From: an uncultured Myxococcales bacterium
GTDB taxonomy: Bacteria > Myxococcota_A > Bradymonadia > REDH01
DNA: 64,000 bases
NCBI GenBank assembly: GCA_965367675.1
Contig: CBDUJZ010000006.1
Coordinates: 2,016-66,015, forward strand
Direction: 5' to 3'
Part shown: one piece after another, positions 30,164-38,810 of the stretch
Position numbering within the stretch: the stretch's first letter is position 1
Layout: each line of letters opens with the position of its first letter
Notes under the pieces: model-generated
Seen by the model: only the letters and a program-made list of their open reading frames with translations
The model's database searches: none
Told to the model about the DNA's origin: nothing
Translations under genes and position numbers: made by a program

Positions 30164-31390
30164 TTATCCAATGTTTTGGTTCAGCTGCAGAATGGGGAGC
30201 AGAATCGCGACGACGATGAAGCCGACCGCGCCACCCATGATGACGATCATGAGCGGCTCCAGGAGTGTGGTCAGCGCCTGAATTCGGCTGCTGACGTCGG
30301 CGTCGTAGGCGTTGGAGATGTTCTCAAGCATCTCCTCCAGCGAGCCGGTGCGTTCACCGACGGCGATCATGTGGGTCACCATCGGAGGGAATTCGCCGCT
30401 GCGCTGCAGTGGCGTCGCGATGCTCTCGCCCTCGCGAATGTTCAGGCGCGCGGTCTCGATGACCTGCACGAGCTTCACGTTGCCGAGCACCTCTTTAACG
30501 ATGCCCATCGCGGTGAGCAGGGGCACGCCGCTGCTGAGCAGGGTGCTCAGCGTTTTGGAGAATCGGCTGACGGCGATCATGCGGGCCAGGGGGCCGAACA
30601 GCGGCAAGCTGAGTACGAACCCATCCCACTTCTCTCGTCCCTCGGTCGTCGCGAGCCAGCGGCGGAAGCCGTAGATGGCGCCGCCGAGCAGGGCGAGCAG
30701 GATGAACCAGAACTTGGCGATCAGGTCCGACATGGTGATGAGCATCACCGTGATGAACGGCAGCGCTGCCTGCTGGTCCTCGAAGATCTGCGTGACCTTG
30801 GGGATGACGAAGGTCATCAGGAACACGACGATGAACGAGCCGAGCACCGTCATGAGGACGGGGTACACCGACGCGCCGGTGATTTTGGAGCGCAGCTCCA
30901 TTTGCGCGTCCAAGAACTCGGTCAGGCGGTCGAGCACGGTGTCGAGGTTGCCGGACGTCTCGCCCGCGCGAATCATGTTCACGTACAGGTCGGTGAACGC
31001 CTTGGGGTGCTCGGCCATCGATTTGGCGAGCGCCTGACCTTCGCTGACGCGCTGACGTACGTCGGAGATGATGTGCTGGAGGGCGGGCTTCTCGGTCTGT
31101 TCGACGAGGGCGTTGAGCGACTCCACCAGCGGGATACCGGCGCGCACGAGCGTGGCGAGCTGTCGCGTCATCACGGAGATGTCGCGGAGGTTGAAGCCCT
31201 TGGCCCACGGCAGCTGGAAGGAGACCTCGCCGCTCTTGGCGACGTCCTTGCTGGCGCCCTCGGTGAACGACGTGACGAAGACACCCTTGGCGCGCAACCC
31301 ATCGCGAAGCGCCCGCGGGCTCTCTGCGTCGAACACCCCCTTGGCCTTCTTTCCGCCGGCGTTGACGCCAACGTATTGGTAGACGGGCAT
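30164..31390 (-). CDS. gspF: Type II secretion inner-membrane platform protein GspF (PilC/GspF family)
   Basis: Two GspF repeats with three TM segments. Typical motifs …LATLVRAGIPLVESL…, …GETSGNLD…, …GVPLLTAMGIV…, …GERTGSLEEML…. Confidence 0.9.
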   Translation of the reverse strand: MPVYQYVGVNAGGKKAKGVFDAESPRALRDGLRAKGVFVTSFTEGASKDVAKSGEVSFQLPWAKGFNLRDISVMTRQLATLVRAGIPLVESLNALVEQTEKPALQHIISDVRQRVSEGQALAKSMAEHPKAFTDLYVNMIRAGETSGNLDTVLDRLTEFLDAQMELRSKITGASVYPVLMTVLGSFIVVFLMTFVIPKVTQIFEDQQAALPFITVMLITMSDLIAKFWFILLALLGGAIYGFRRWLATTEGREKWDGFVLSLPLFGPLARMIAVSRFSKTLSTLLSSGVPLLTAMGIVKEVLGNVKLVQVIETARLNIREGESIATPLQRSGEFPPMVTHMIAVGERTGSLEEMLENISNAYDADVSSRIQALTTLLEPLMIVIMGGAVGFIVVAILLPILQLNQNIG

Positions 31391-31399
31391 CTGGCGTCC

Positions 31400-33121
31400 T
31401 TAGTTGCTTTCTTGTTGAGTCACGCGCAGCACCTCTTCAATCGAGGTCACGCCTTCGAGCACGGACCTACCTCCGAAACGCCTGAGCGTGCGCATTCCTT
31501 CCTTCACCGCTTGGCGTCGGATGGTATTCGCGTCGGTTCGGGCCATGACCAGCTGGCGGATCTCGTTGCTGACGGGCAGCAGTTCGTAGATGCCGGACCG
31601 GCCGGAGTAGCCGCGGTTGTTACACTTCTCGCACCCGACGGGGCGATAGAGCACGCCGCCGGCGGCCTCGAGTTCGTCGTGGGAGATCTCGAGTTGAGAG
31701 AGCTCGCGCTCGGTAGGGCGGAACGGCGCTTTGCACTGACTGCAGAGTCGTCGGACCAGGCGCTGCGCCATGTTGGCGAGCAGCGACGAGGCCACGAGGA
31801 ACGGCTCGACGCCCATGTCGATGAGACGTGTGAACGCGCCCGCGGCGTCGTTGGTGTGAATCGTGGAGAACACCAAGTGACCGGTCAGCGATGCTTGGAT
31901 CGCGATCTCGGCCGTCTCGGTGTCACGAATCTCACCGATCATGATCACGTCCGGGTCGTGGCGCAGGAAGGAGCGCAGACCGTTGGCAAAGGTGAGGTCG
32001 ATCTTTGGATTCACCGCGACCTGGCCGATGCCTTGGAGCTGGTATTCGATCGGGTCCTCGACCGTCAGGATGTTCAGGTCGGGGTTGTTGATGCGGGCCA
32101 GGCAGGAATACAGCGTGGTCGTCTTACCGGAACCGGTGGGGCCGGTGACCAGGATGATGCCGTGGGGCTTGTGAATCAGCTCCTCGACTTGGTCCAGCGT
32201 TTGCGGGTCCATGCCGATGGCGGCCAAGTCGAGCGCGACGGCGGACTTGTCGAGCAGACGCATCGTGACGCGCTCGCCGTGCACCGTGGGGGCGGTGGCG
32301 ACGCGAATGTCGATGTCCTTACCGGCCAGCTTGATGCGGATACGACCGTCCTGTGGCAGTCGCTTCTCGGCGATGTTCAGGCCGGCCATGATCTTGATAC
32401 GGGCCACGATCGAGGACAGGAACCGGGTGGAGACCTCGGTGACCTCGGACAGCACGCCGTCGATGCGGAACCGCACGCGGACGCTGTTCTCGTAGGGCTC
32501 GATGTGGATGTCGGACACGCGGTCGCGCGCGGCGCGAACGAACGTGGTGTTGACGAACTGGATGACTGGCGCCTCGTCGTCTCCGCCGGAGCCGAGCAGG
32601 TCGACCACGTCCTCGAAGCCGGGATCGTCGACTTGCTCCTTGGCGGAGTCGTCGAACATATCGCCGTACTTGCTCTTGAGCCGGTCGTGCCGGTCGTAAG
32701 CCAAGTTGAGGGCGTCGAAGAGGATTTGCGGCGCGACGATGACGGGCTCGACCTCGACGCTGAGCAGGCTTCCGATGTGGTCGAGGCCGGTGGTGTCGAG
32801 CGGGTCGACGACGGCCAACGTAAGCAGGCCGTCCTCATGCTTGAGGGGCAGCATGCGTCGGGCGCGCGCGTAGTTGATCGGCACCCGGTCGAGCAGGTCG
32901 AGGTCAACCGAGTCGACTTCGATGGACTCGATCCAGTCCAGGTCGAGTTGCTGGGCGAGCGCTTTCACGACGCCCACGGGCGTGACGGCGTGCGCTTCGA
33001 TCAGCAGCTCACCGAGACGGCCGGGCTGCGTCTGCTGACGCTTGAGGGCGTCCGCGACGTCGGTCGGCCCGACAAGTCCGAGCTCGAGGAGGATTTCTCC
33101 GATGAGGGGGCGGTTGAACAT
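31400..33121 (-). CDS. gspE: Type II secretion ATPase GspE
   Basis: N-terminal GspE_N domain. Walker A GPTGSGKTTT. Asp box …ILTVEDPIEY… Walker B/His box …IMIGEIRD…, …FSTIHTNDAAGAFTRL… Tetracysteine motif CSQC…CEKC. Confidence 0.9.
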   Translation of the reverse strand: MFNRPLIGEILLELGLVGPTDVADALKRQQTQPGRLGELLIEAHAVTPVGVVKALAQQLDLDWIESIEVDSVDLDLLDRVPINYARARRMLPLKHEDGLLTLAVVDPLDTTGLDHIGSLLSVEVEPVIVAPQILFDALNLAYDRHDRLKSKYGDMFDDSAKEQVDDPGFEDVVDLLGSGGDDEAPVIQFVNTTFVRAARDRVSDIHIEPYENSVRVRFRIDGVLSEVTEVSTRFLSSIVARIKIMAGLNIAEKRLPQDGRIRIKLAGKDIDIRVATAPTVHGERVTMRLLDKSAVALDLAAIGMDPQTLDQVEELIHKPHGIILVTGPTGSGKTTTLYSCLARINNPDLNILTVEDPIEYQLQGIGQVAVNPKIDLTFANGLRSFLRHDPDVIMIGEIRDTETAEIAIQASLTGHLVFSTIHTNDAAGAFTRLIDMGVEPFLVASSLLANMAQRLVRRLCSQCKAPFRPTERELSQLEISHDELEAAGGVLYRPVGCEKCNNRGYSGRSGIYELLPVSNEIRQLVMARTDANTIRRQAVKEGMRTLRRFGGRSVLEGVTSIEEVLRVTQQESN

Positions 33122-33124
33122 ATC

Positions 33125-35749
33125 CTACGGTGCGGTGGCGTCAGAGGGGGCCAGCAGTCCGCGGCCTTCGCTGCTCGGCTCGTCGCCGAAGTCGGCGCGA
33201 ATCGGCGCCTGCGCGGGGCCGGGCATGAGGGTCTCCTGCGTGTTGCTGGAGAACGCACGCTGGCGGGTCTCTTCTTCGGCGATGGACGCCGTGATGGTCT
33301 CGAACATGGACTGCATCGGACCATCCTTTCGCGCGTAGTCGACGGCGGCGATGTAGTCGGCGTTGCGGCGACCGAAGAACTGGATGAACTCCTCGCGCTC
33401 TTCCATCTTGCGGCGGAAGATGGCTTGGAAGTCCGCCGAGTCGCGGATGATGTACGGCGTGAGCAGCAGCAACAGGTTGGTCTTCACGTCGCGGGTCGTC
33501 GTGTGACGGAACAGTCGGCCGATGATCGGGATGTCGCCCAGGAAGGGCACCTTGGACACGTCTTGGGACGTGGAGTCGCGCATGAGGCCGCCGATGACGA
33601 CCGTCTGCTGGTCCTGGACCACGACGGTGGTGCGGGCCTGGCGGGTGGTCGTGCGGGGTCCAAGCACCGGGTCGATGGACTGGACGTCTTCGACCTCTTC
33701 TTCGATCTCGAGCCGGACGTAGTTCGACTCGTTGATCTGCGGCGTGATGCGGAGGGTGAGGGCGACGTCTTGGCGTTGGACGGAGAAGCCGCCGAGGCCG
33801 CCGCCGAGCGAGCCGAGCGCGCTGGAGATGTCGGAGTCGCCGAGGCCGCTGGCGAGCGAGCTCAGGCTGCCGAGGCCGCTGCTGCCGCCGGAGATGAACG
33901 GGATGTTCTCGCCGACGATGATCTCGGCCTCTTCGTTGTCCATCGTGAGGATGTGCGGCGTGGACAGTACGTTGACGTCGTTGTCCGTTTGCGTGGCCTG
34001 CAGGATGGCGCCGATGGACGAGATGCTGATGGGCAGTCCGAGCGCTTCGGTGTCGAGCGCCGGGCCTTGGAACAGCGCGGTGAGGCCCATGAGCGACGAC
34101 GGGTCGAGCGCGAGGGAGGACAGGCCGCCGACGGCGGTCGACGCGATGAGCGGGGACTCTTCGCCGCCGAGCGTGATGCCGGGGATGCCGCCGTGCATGG
34201 CCATACCGATCGCACGCGAGCGGTTGAGCGTGACCTCCATGATCACGGCCTCGACGTAGACCTGCTGGCGACGGCGGTCGAGCAGGTCGACGACCGATTG
34301 CAGCGCGAGGAAGTCGCGAAGGCTGGCCACGACGACGAGCGCGTTGGTGGCCTCGTCCGCGGTGATGGACAGCTCGCCGGAGAAGCTAGCGGACACCGGT
34401 CCGACGTCCTCAGCGACCGACACTTGCTCCTCTTCGCGCATGTCCTGCACGCTCTGGGTGAGCGACTGCAGCGTGCTCGCGAGCTCGGTGGCGTCGGCGT
34501 TCTCCAGGAAGAGTACGTGGATCTGACCTTCGCCCGGGATGGGGACGTCGAGCTGGCCGATGATGCCGAGGATGCGCTCGTAGGAGCGCTCGTTGGCGAT
34601 GATGATGAGCTGGTTGGTCCGCTCGTCGGAGATGATCTGGGAGACGGCGACGGCTGCGGGCGTGGAGGCGTCACCGGCGGCGTTGTTGGACTCCGGCTCG
34701 TCGTCACCGCGTCGGCGTCGTCGCGGCGTCTCTTGCTGTTGCGGCGCGTCGTCTTCTTGCTCGAAGATCTCGAGCAAGATGGAGGCGAGATCGGGCGCGG
34801 CTGCGTAGCGGGCCTGGTAAATGTTGATGCGCTCCTGGCCGCTGGGCACGTCGAGCGTGTCGAGCACGTCGAGCAAGCGGCGGACGTTGGAACCGGTCTC
34901 CGTCATGATGAGCGTGTTCGTGGGCTCGTAGGCCACGATGGACGCCGCTTCAGTCTTGAGCGCGTCGAGCACGCTCTGGACGGTGGCGATGCTGACGTGC
35001 TGCAGCTGGTGGATGTGCGTCACCATGCGATCGTCGTTCGGCACCTGCCCGATCGAGTTCGTGGGGCTGAGCACTTGGCGCTCGGCGCCGCTGGCTTCGA
35101 CGATCTTCAGGAAGCGACCGAACGGCACGACGGTGAGGCCGTTCATGTTCAGCGCCGCGATGAAGGCGCGGTATGCTTCGGCGATCGACACCGGCTGCGG
35201 CGAGATGATCGTGATCTTCTTACTCGCGTTGATCGTGTCGGCGATGATGAAGTTCCGGCCGGTGAGGGCGGAGATCCACATGACGACGTCTTGCAGCTCG
35301 GCTTCGCGGAAGTCGATGTGAACCCGGACGTTCGACGGCGGGTCCATCGGGTCGAAGTTCTCCTCGAAGTTGTCCGGAATCTCGCCGATGTCGGGCTCGA
35401 TATCTTCGACGTCGAGCACGCGCGGACCGCGGGGGGCAGGCGCTTCGCGTCGCGGCGGCGTGGCCGGTGCAGCGTCCGGTTCGGCTCCCGCGGCAGGTCC
35501 CGTCGCTGGAGCGTCCGGCTCTTCCTCGGCGTCGGGCGCCGCAGCGGGCTCCTCCTCCTCGGGTTCGGCGCTGGGGCGCGTCAGACGACCGGGGACGGTG
35601 CCCACTCGGGGCGCGGCGAGCGTTGGATCATCCGGTCCCGGGTTCTGCGCCGAAACGGCGGTGGGAGCGGCGAGGGCCAAGGCCAGGAACAAGCTAAAGA
35701 GGGATTTCGACACGTCGATTCTTGCAGGTGTTGGGCGGCGCGGCAGCAC
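33125..35749 (-). CDS. gspD: Secretin GspD (outer-membrane channel) with a long acidic Pro/Ala/Glu-rich N-terminal extension
   Basis: GTG start 35749, signal peptide. N0/N1-like domains. C-terminal secretin motif …VVIGGLMRDSTSQDVSKVPFLGDIPIIGRLFRHTTTRDVKTNLLLLLTPYIIRD. Residues ~30-110 are low-complexity (AEPEEEEPAAAPDAEEEPDAPATGPAAGAEPDAAPATPP). Confidence 0.9.
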   Translation of the reverse strand: MLPRRPTPARIDVSKSLFSLFLALALAAPTAVSAQNPGPDDPTLAAPRVGTVPGRLTRPSAEPEEEEPAAAPDAEEEPDAPATGPAAGAEPDAAPATPPRREAPAPRGPRVLDVEDIEPDIGEIPDNFEENFDPMDPPSNVRVHIDFREAELQDVVMWISALTGRNFIIADTINASKKITIISPQPVSIAEAYRAFIAALNMNGLTVVPFGRFLKIVEASGAERQVLSPTNSIGQVPNDDRMVTHIHQLQHVSIATVQSVLDALKTEAASIVAYEPTNTLIMTETGSNVRRLLDVLDTLDVPSGQERINIYQARYAAAPDLASILLEIFEQEDDAPQQQETPRRRRRGDDEPESNNAAGDASTPAAVAVSQIISDERTNQLIIIANERSYERILGIIGQLDVPIPGEGQIHVLFLENADATELASTLQSLTQSVQDMREEEQVSVAEDVGPVSASFSGELSITADEATNALVVVASLRDFLALQSVVDLLDRRRQQVYVEAVIMEVTLNRSRAIGMAMHGGIPGITLGGEESPLIASTAVGGLSSLALDPSSLMGLTALFQGPALDTEALGLPISISSIGAILQATQTDNDVNVLSTPHILTMDNEEAEIIVGENIPFISGGSSGLGSLSSLASGLGDSDISSALGSLGGGLGGFSVQRQDVALTLRITPQINESNYVRLEIEEEVEDVQSIDPVLGPRTTTRQARTTVVVQDQQTVVIGGLMRDSTSQDVSKVPFLGDIPIIGRLFRHTTTRDVKTNLLLLLTPYIIRDSADFQAIFRRKMEEREEFIQFFGRRNADYIAAVDYARKDGPMQSMFETITASIAEEETRQRAFSSNTQETLMPGPAQAPIRADFGDEPSSEGRGLLAPSDATAP

Positions 35750-36105
35750 AGGCGGTCAGCGCGCGAGACTCACTCGCTTACATAACACATGGGTAGCAAG
35801 AATCGAGCCGAGTATTTTGTTCCCCTAACCCATGGATTTGACGAAGGTTTTTGTGGGCCCCCGCTTTGCCGCCGCGCAGGGTGCCAATGTGGCACAGAGG
35901 ATCGCACAGCACCGCAATCGCGTGCCATTTTGGCAATCGGAATCACGCGGCAGATGCGAAGGCATCACAGAGGGCGCGCGTCGAAGGACGGCGCCGGTCG
36001 AACGGACGGCTCCGGTCGATGTCTGTGCTTCAGGGGCGAGGCGACCAGCGCGACGGCCGCGTATCCAAGCGATACGCACGACCTCCGCGCTCGCGGTCCT
36101 GGCGT
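35750..36105 (-). promoter_or_regulatory. Promoter/leader region of gspD-N between gspC and gspD, locally lower GC, carrying a sigma-54-like -24/-12 element with imperfect spacing
   Basis: Minus-strand TGGCAC-gcga-TTGC at 35914-35927. This is a strong match to TGGCAC-N5-TTGC, but the spacer is one nucleotide short. AT-rich stretch 35770-35850. Confidence 0.3.
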
Positions 36106-37170
36106 CTACTGAATGTTGTACTGCAGGGTCTGCTCACGCCCACGGCGCTCGACCTGCATGGTCACGCTGTTTTGCGAGAGCATGGCCTGGTAGAGTTCCA
36201 ACGCGCGCTGGGGCGAGTCGAGCTCGGTGCCGTTGACCGACAGCAGGACGTCGCCGTTGCGGATGCCGATCGCGCTGAACACGGAGTCGGAGCGGACGCC
36301 GCGGAGGCGGAAGCCACGCGGTTGGCCGTTCTGGTAGTTCGGGGCGATGCTGGGCGCTTGTGACTCGAGCAGGGACTGGTTGTTGGCGACCTCTTGGATG
36401 AGGTCTCGGGGCACGTTGTACGCGCCGTTTCCGTCCTGCGTGATCTCGGTTCGGATGCGCTCCAGCACGTCGCCGGAGCGGGCGGGCGTGGGGGTCGCGG
36501 GTGCGGCGGCGACGGGGCGGCCGGCGGTGGGGCGTGCGCGTGACGGCGCGGCGGCGGGGGCCGGCGGAGGCTGGTTTGCGGCGGTGGCGCGCTGTGCTCG
36601 GGTCTGCTGGTCGCCGTGTCGCAGGCACTCTTCGCGGCCGTTGCGCATCATGAAGATACGGTTGCGCTCGATGCGCGTGACGTCGCCTTCGGCGAGCAGG
36701 TTGGTGCCGACGCGCGCAAACTGCGTTTGGTTGAGCGACGGGTTGTGCAGGATCGCGACCGACCAGTCGTCGTCGGCCGAGACCATGGTGCCGACCAGGT
36801 TGATCGCGATGTCGGACTCGATGCAGCGGCCGTCGGACGGGCCAGCGACGACCTCTTCTTCGATGGCGATGCACTCGCCGGTCGTGGGGTCGCACTCTTC
36901 GTCCTCGGACTCGCAGACGACCTCAGCGCAGAGGTCGACGACGGGCGGGGCGGGTTCGTCGGGGCCGAAGCTCTCGCGGTTGAGCGGCGCGATCTCCACG
37001 GTCGCGGAGTCGAGCGCGACCGGGGCGGCGGCGGTTTCCGGGTACGACACAGAGTACTGCGCGAACTTGGACGCCGCGAAGCCGTTCACAGCGCCGGCCG
37101 TCAACAGTCCCGCGATGACCACGAAGGCCAGCTGTGCGGTCCAGAAGTACTTTTTGAAGAATGTCTGCAT
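36106..37170 (-). CDS. gspC: Type II secretion system protein C (GspC): N-terminal TM anchor, HR domain, C-terminal PDZ domain
   Basis: ATG 37170 (MQTFFKKYFWTAQLAFVVIAGLL). Central …VNLVGTMVSADDDWSVAILHNPSLNQTQFARVGTNLLAEGDVTRIERNRIFMMRNG… resembles the GspC HR (secretin-interacting) domain. C-terminal PDZ (…GFRLRGVRSDSVFSAIGIRNGDVLLSVNGTELDSPQRALELY…). First gene of the cluster, as in canonical gspC-N operons. Confidence 0.7.
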   Translation of the reverse strand: MQTFFKKYFWTAQLAFVVIAGLLTAGAVNGFAASKFAQYSVSYPETAAAPVALDSATVEIAPLNRESFGPDEPAPPVVDLCAEVVCESEDEECDPTTGECIAIEEEVVAGPSDGRCIESDIAINLVGTMVSADDDWSVAILHNPSLNQTQFARVGTNLLAEGDVTRIERNRIFMMRNGREECLRHGDQQTRAQRATAANQPPPAPAAAPSRARPTAGRPVAAAPATPTPARSGDVLERIRTEITQDGNGAYNVPRDLIQEVANNQSLLESQAPSIAPNYQNGQPRGFRLRGVRSDSVFSAIGIRNGDVLLSVNGTELDSPQRALELYQAMLSQNSVTMQVERRGREQTLQYNIQ

Positions 37171-37273
37171 GCGTGATCCGTTAGCCCTGACAACCGGGTA
37201 AATAGCATTGATCTTCCCGGGTCGCGCGATTCTTTACGAAAGGTGCGCTCGGCAAGCCAGCCTGTCGTGCCGC

Positions 37274-38650
37274 TCAGTCGTCGCTTGGGGCGTACTCGTC
37301 GAGCTTTCTGTAGATGGTTCTTCGGCCGACGCCGAGGACGGAGGCGGCGAGCGCTTTGTCGCCACCCGCGTGGGCGAGCGTGGCGAGGATGAGCTGTCGC
37401 TCGGCTTCGGCGAGGGTGGTTCCGACGGGGATGGCGACGGCGGCGGTGGTGACGTCGCCGTCGGCGATTCCGCTGGGGAGATCGTCGAGGCCGATCTTGC
37501 CGTCGCTGTCGAGCACGACGGCCCGCTCGATGGCGTTTTCGAGTTCGCGGACGTTTCCGGGCCAGGCGTGCACGTTGAGCGCGCGGTTGGCTTCGGGAGT
37601 AATTCCGCGGACTTCGCGGGCGTTTCCTCGCGCGTACTTCTCGATGAAATGGGCGGCGAGCAGGTCGATATCGCCGGCGCGCTCGCGGAGCGCTGGCACG
37701 GGGATCTGGATGACGTTGAGTCGGTAGAAGAGGTCTTCTCTGAAGCGGCCTTCCGCGACCATCGCGCCGAGGTCTCTGTGGGTGGCTGCGACGATACGGA
37801 CGTCGACGGGCACAGCCTCGGTACCGCCCACGCGTTGGACTTCACGCTCTTGGAGGACGCGCAGCAGTTTGACCTGGACGGAGGTTGGCAGCTCGCCGAT
37901 CTCGTCGAGGAAGACGGTGCCCATGTGGGCGGCTTCGAACAGGCCTTTGCGCTGGCGGACGGCCCCGGTGAACGCGCCGGCTTCGTGGCCGAAGAGCTCG
38001 GACTCGATGATCGACTCGGGCAGGGCGGCGCACTGGATGGCCATGAACGGGTGCGCGGCGCGGCGCGATTGGCGGTGGATCTCTTGGGCGAACAGCTCCT
38101 TGCCGGTGCCGGATTCGCCGAGCACGAGGATGGTGGCGTCGCTGTCGGCGGCTTGACGGGCGGTGGCGAGGGAGCGGAGGAAGGCGGGGGATCCGCCGAT
38201 GAGTCGTGAGCCGCTGCGCAGGGCGTCGAGCTCGGCTCGGAGCTCGGCGTTTTCGCGGCGCAGGCGTGTGTTTTCGAGCACGCGTTGGACGGCACGCATG
38301 AGCGTGGCGCGCTTGATCGGCTTGACGATGAAGTCGGCGGCGCCGGCGTGGAGGGCCTGCACGGCGCGCTCGATGGTGCCGAACGCGGTCATGAGGATGA
38401 CGGGCACGTCGAGCTTGAGGTGACCGACGACGGAGAGCAGGTCGAGCCCGGAGCGGCCGGGCATGACGAGGTCGGTGAGCACGAGATCGAAGCGTTCTCG
38501 TTTGAGGGCTTCGAGCGCGTCGGCGACGTCGTGGACGGCGTCGGCGGCGAGCTTTTCGCGTTTGAGCAGCCGCACGAGGGTGCTCGCGTGCTCGCGGTCG
38601 TCGTCCACGACGAGAATGCGAGAGCTTGCGGGGGGATGCGTATGCGCCAT
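37274..38650 (-). CDS. Sigma-54-dependent response regulator (NtrC family: receiver domain, AAA+ sigma-54 activator domain, Fis-type HTH)
   Basis: Receiver domain (…ILVVDDD…, …DLVLTDLVMPG…). Walker A GESGTGKE. GAFTGA motif (…GHEAGAFTGA…). Arginine finger …LFYRLNV… C-terminal HTH …AASVLGVGRRTIYRKL…. Confidence 0.9.
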   Translation of the reverse strand: MAHTHPPASSRILVVDDDREHASTLVRLLKREKLAADAVHDVADALEALKRERFDLVLTDLVMPGRSGLDLLSVVGHLKLDVPVILMTAFGTIERAVQALHAGAADFIVKPIKRATLMRAVQRVLENTRLRRENAELRAELDALRSGSRLIGGSPAFLRSLATARQAADSDATILVLGESGTGKELFAQEIHRQSRRAAHPFMAIQCAALPESIIESELFGHEAGAFTGAVRQRKGLFEAAHMGTVFLDEIGELPTSVQVKLLRVLQEREVQRVGGTEAVPVDVRIVAATHRDLGAMVAEGRFREDLFYRLNVIQIPVPALRERAGDIDLLAAHFIEKYARGNAREVRGITPEANRALNVHAWPGNVRELENAIERAVVLDSDGKIGLDDLPSGIADGDVTTAAVAIPVGTTLAEAERQLILATLAHAGGDKALAASVLGVGRRTIYRKLDEYAPSDD

Positions 38651-38810
38651 GAGGCGCGCAACCTACGTCGGCTTGCTTGCGGGGGCAACCCGCGCGGGCT
38701 ATAGTCACGGGTCTATCGGCGGGTGCCGACAGAGTCTATCCGGCGTTCGCTGGTAGAAGGGTGCTGATCGTAAGGTTCGGGCCGCCGACGGTTCACAGAA
38801 ACAAGGCCGC

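Noticed and set aside
29909-35785. Giant 1958-aa stop-free ORF on the + strand antisense to gspF-gspE-gspD
   Set aside because: The translation is Gly/Asp/Arg/Val/Ala low-complexity (GDVG/RRDR runs), typical of the antisense frame of GC3-rich genes. The minus strand encodes unmistakable GspD/E/F. It has no start context and no domain.
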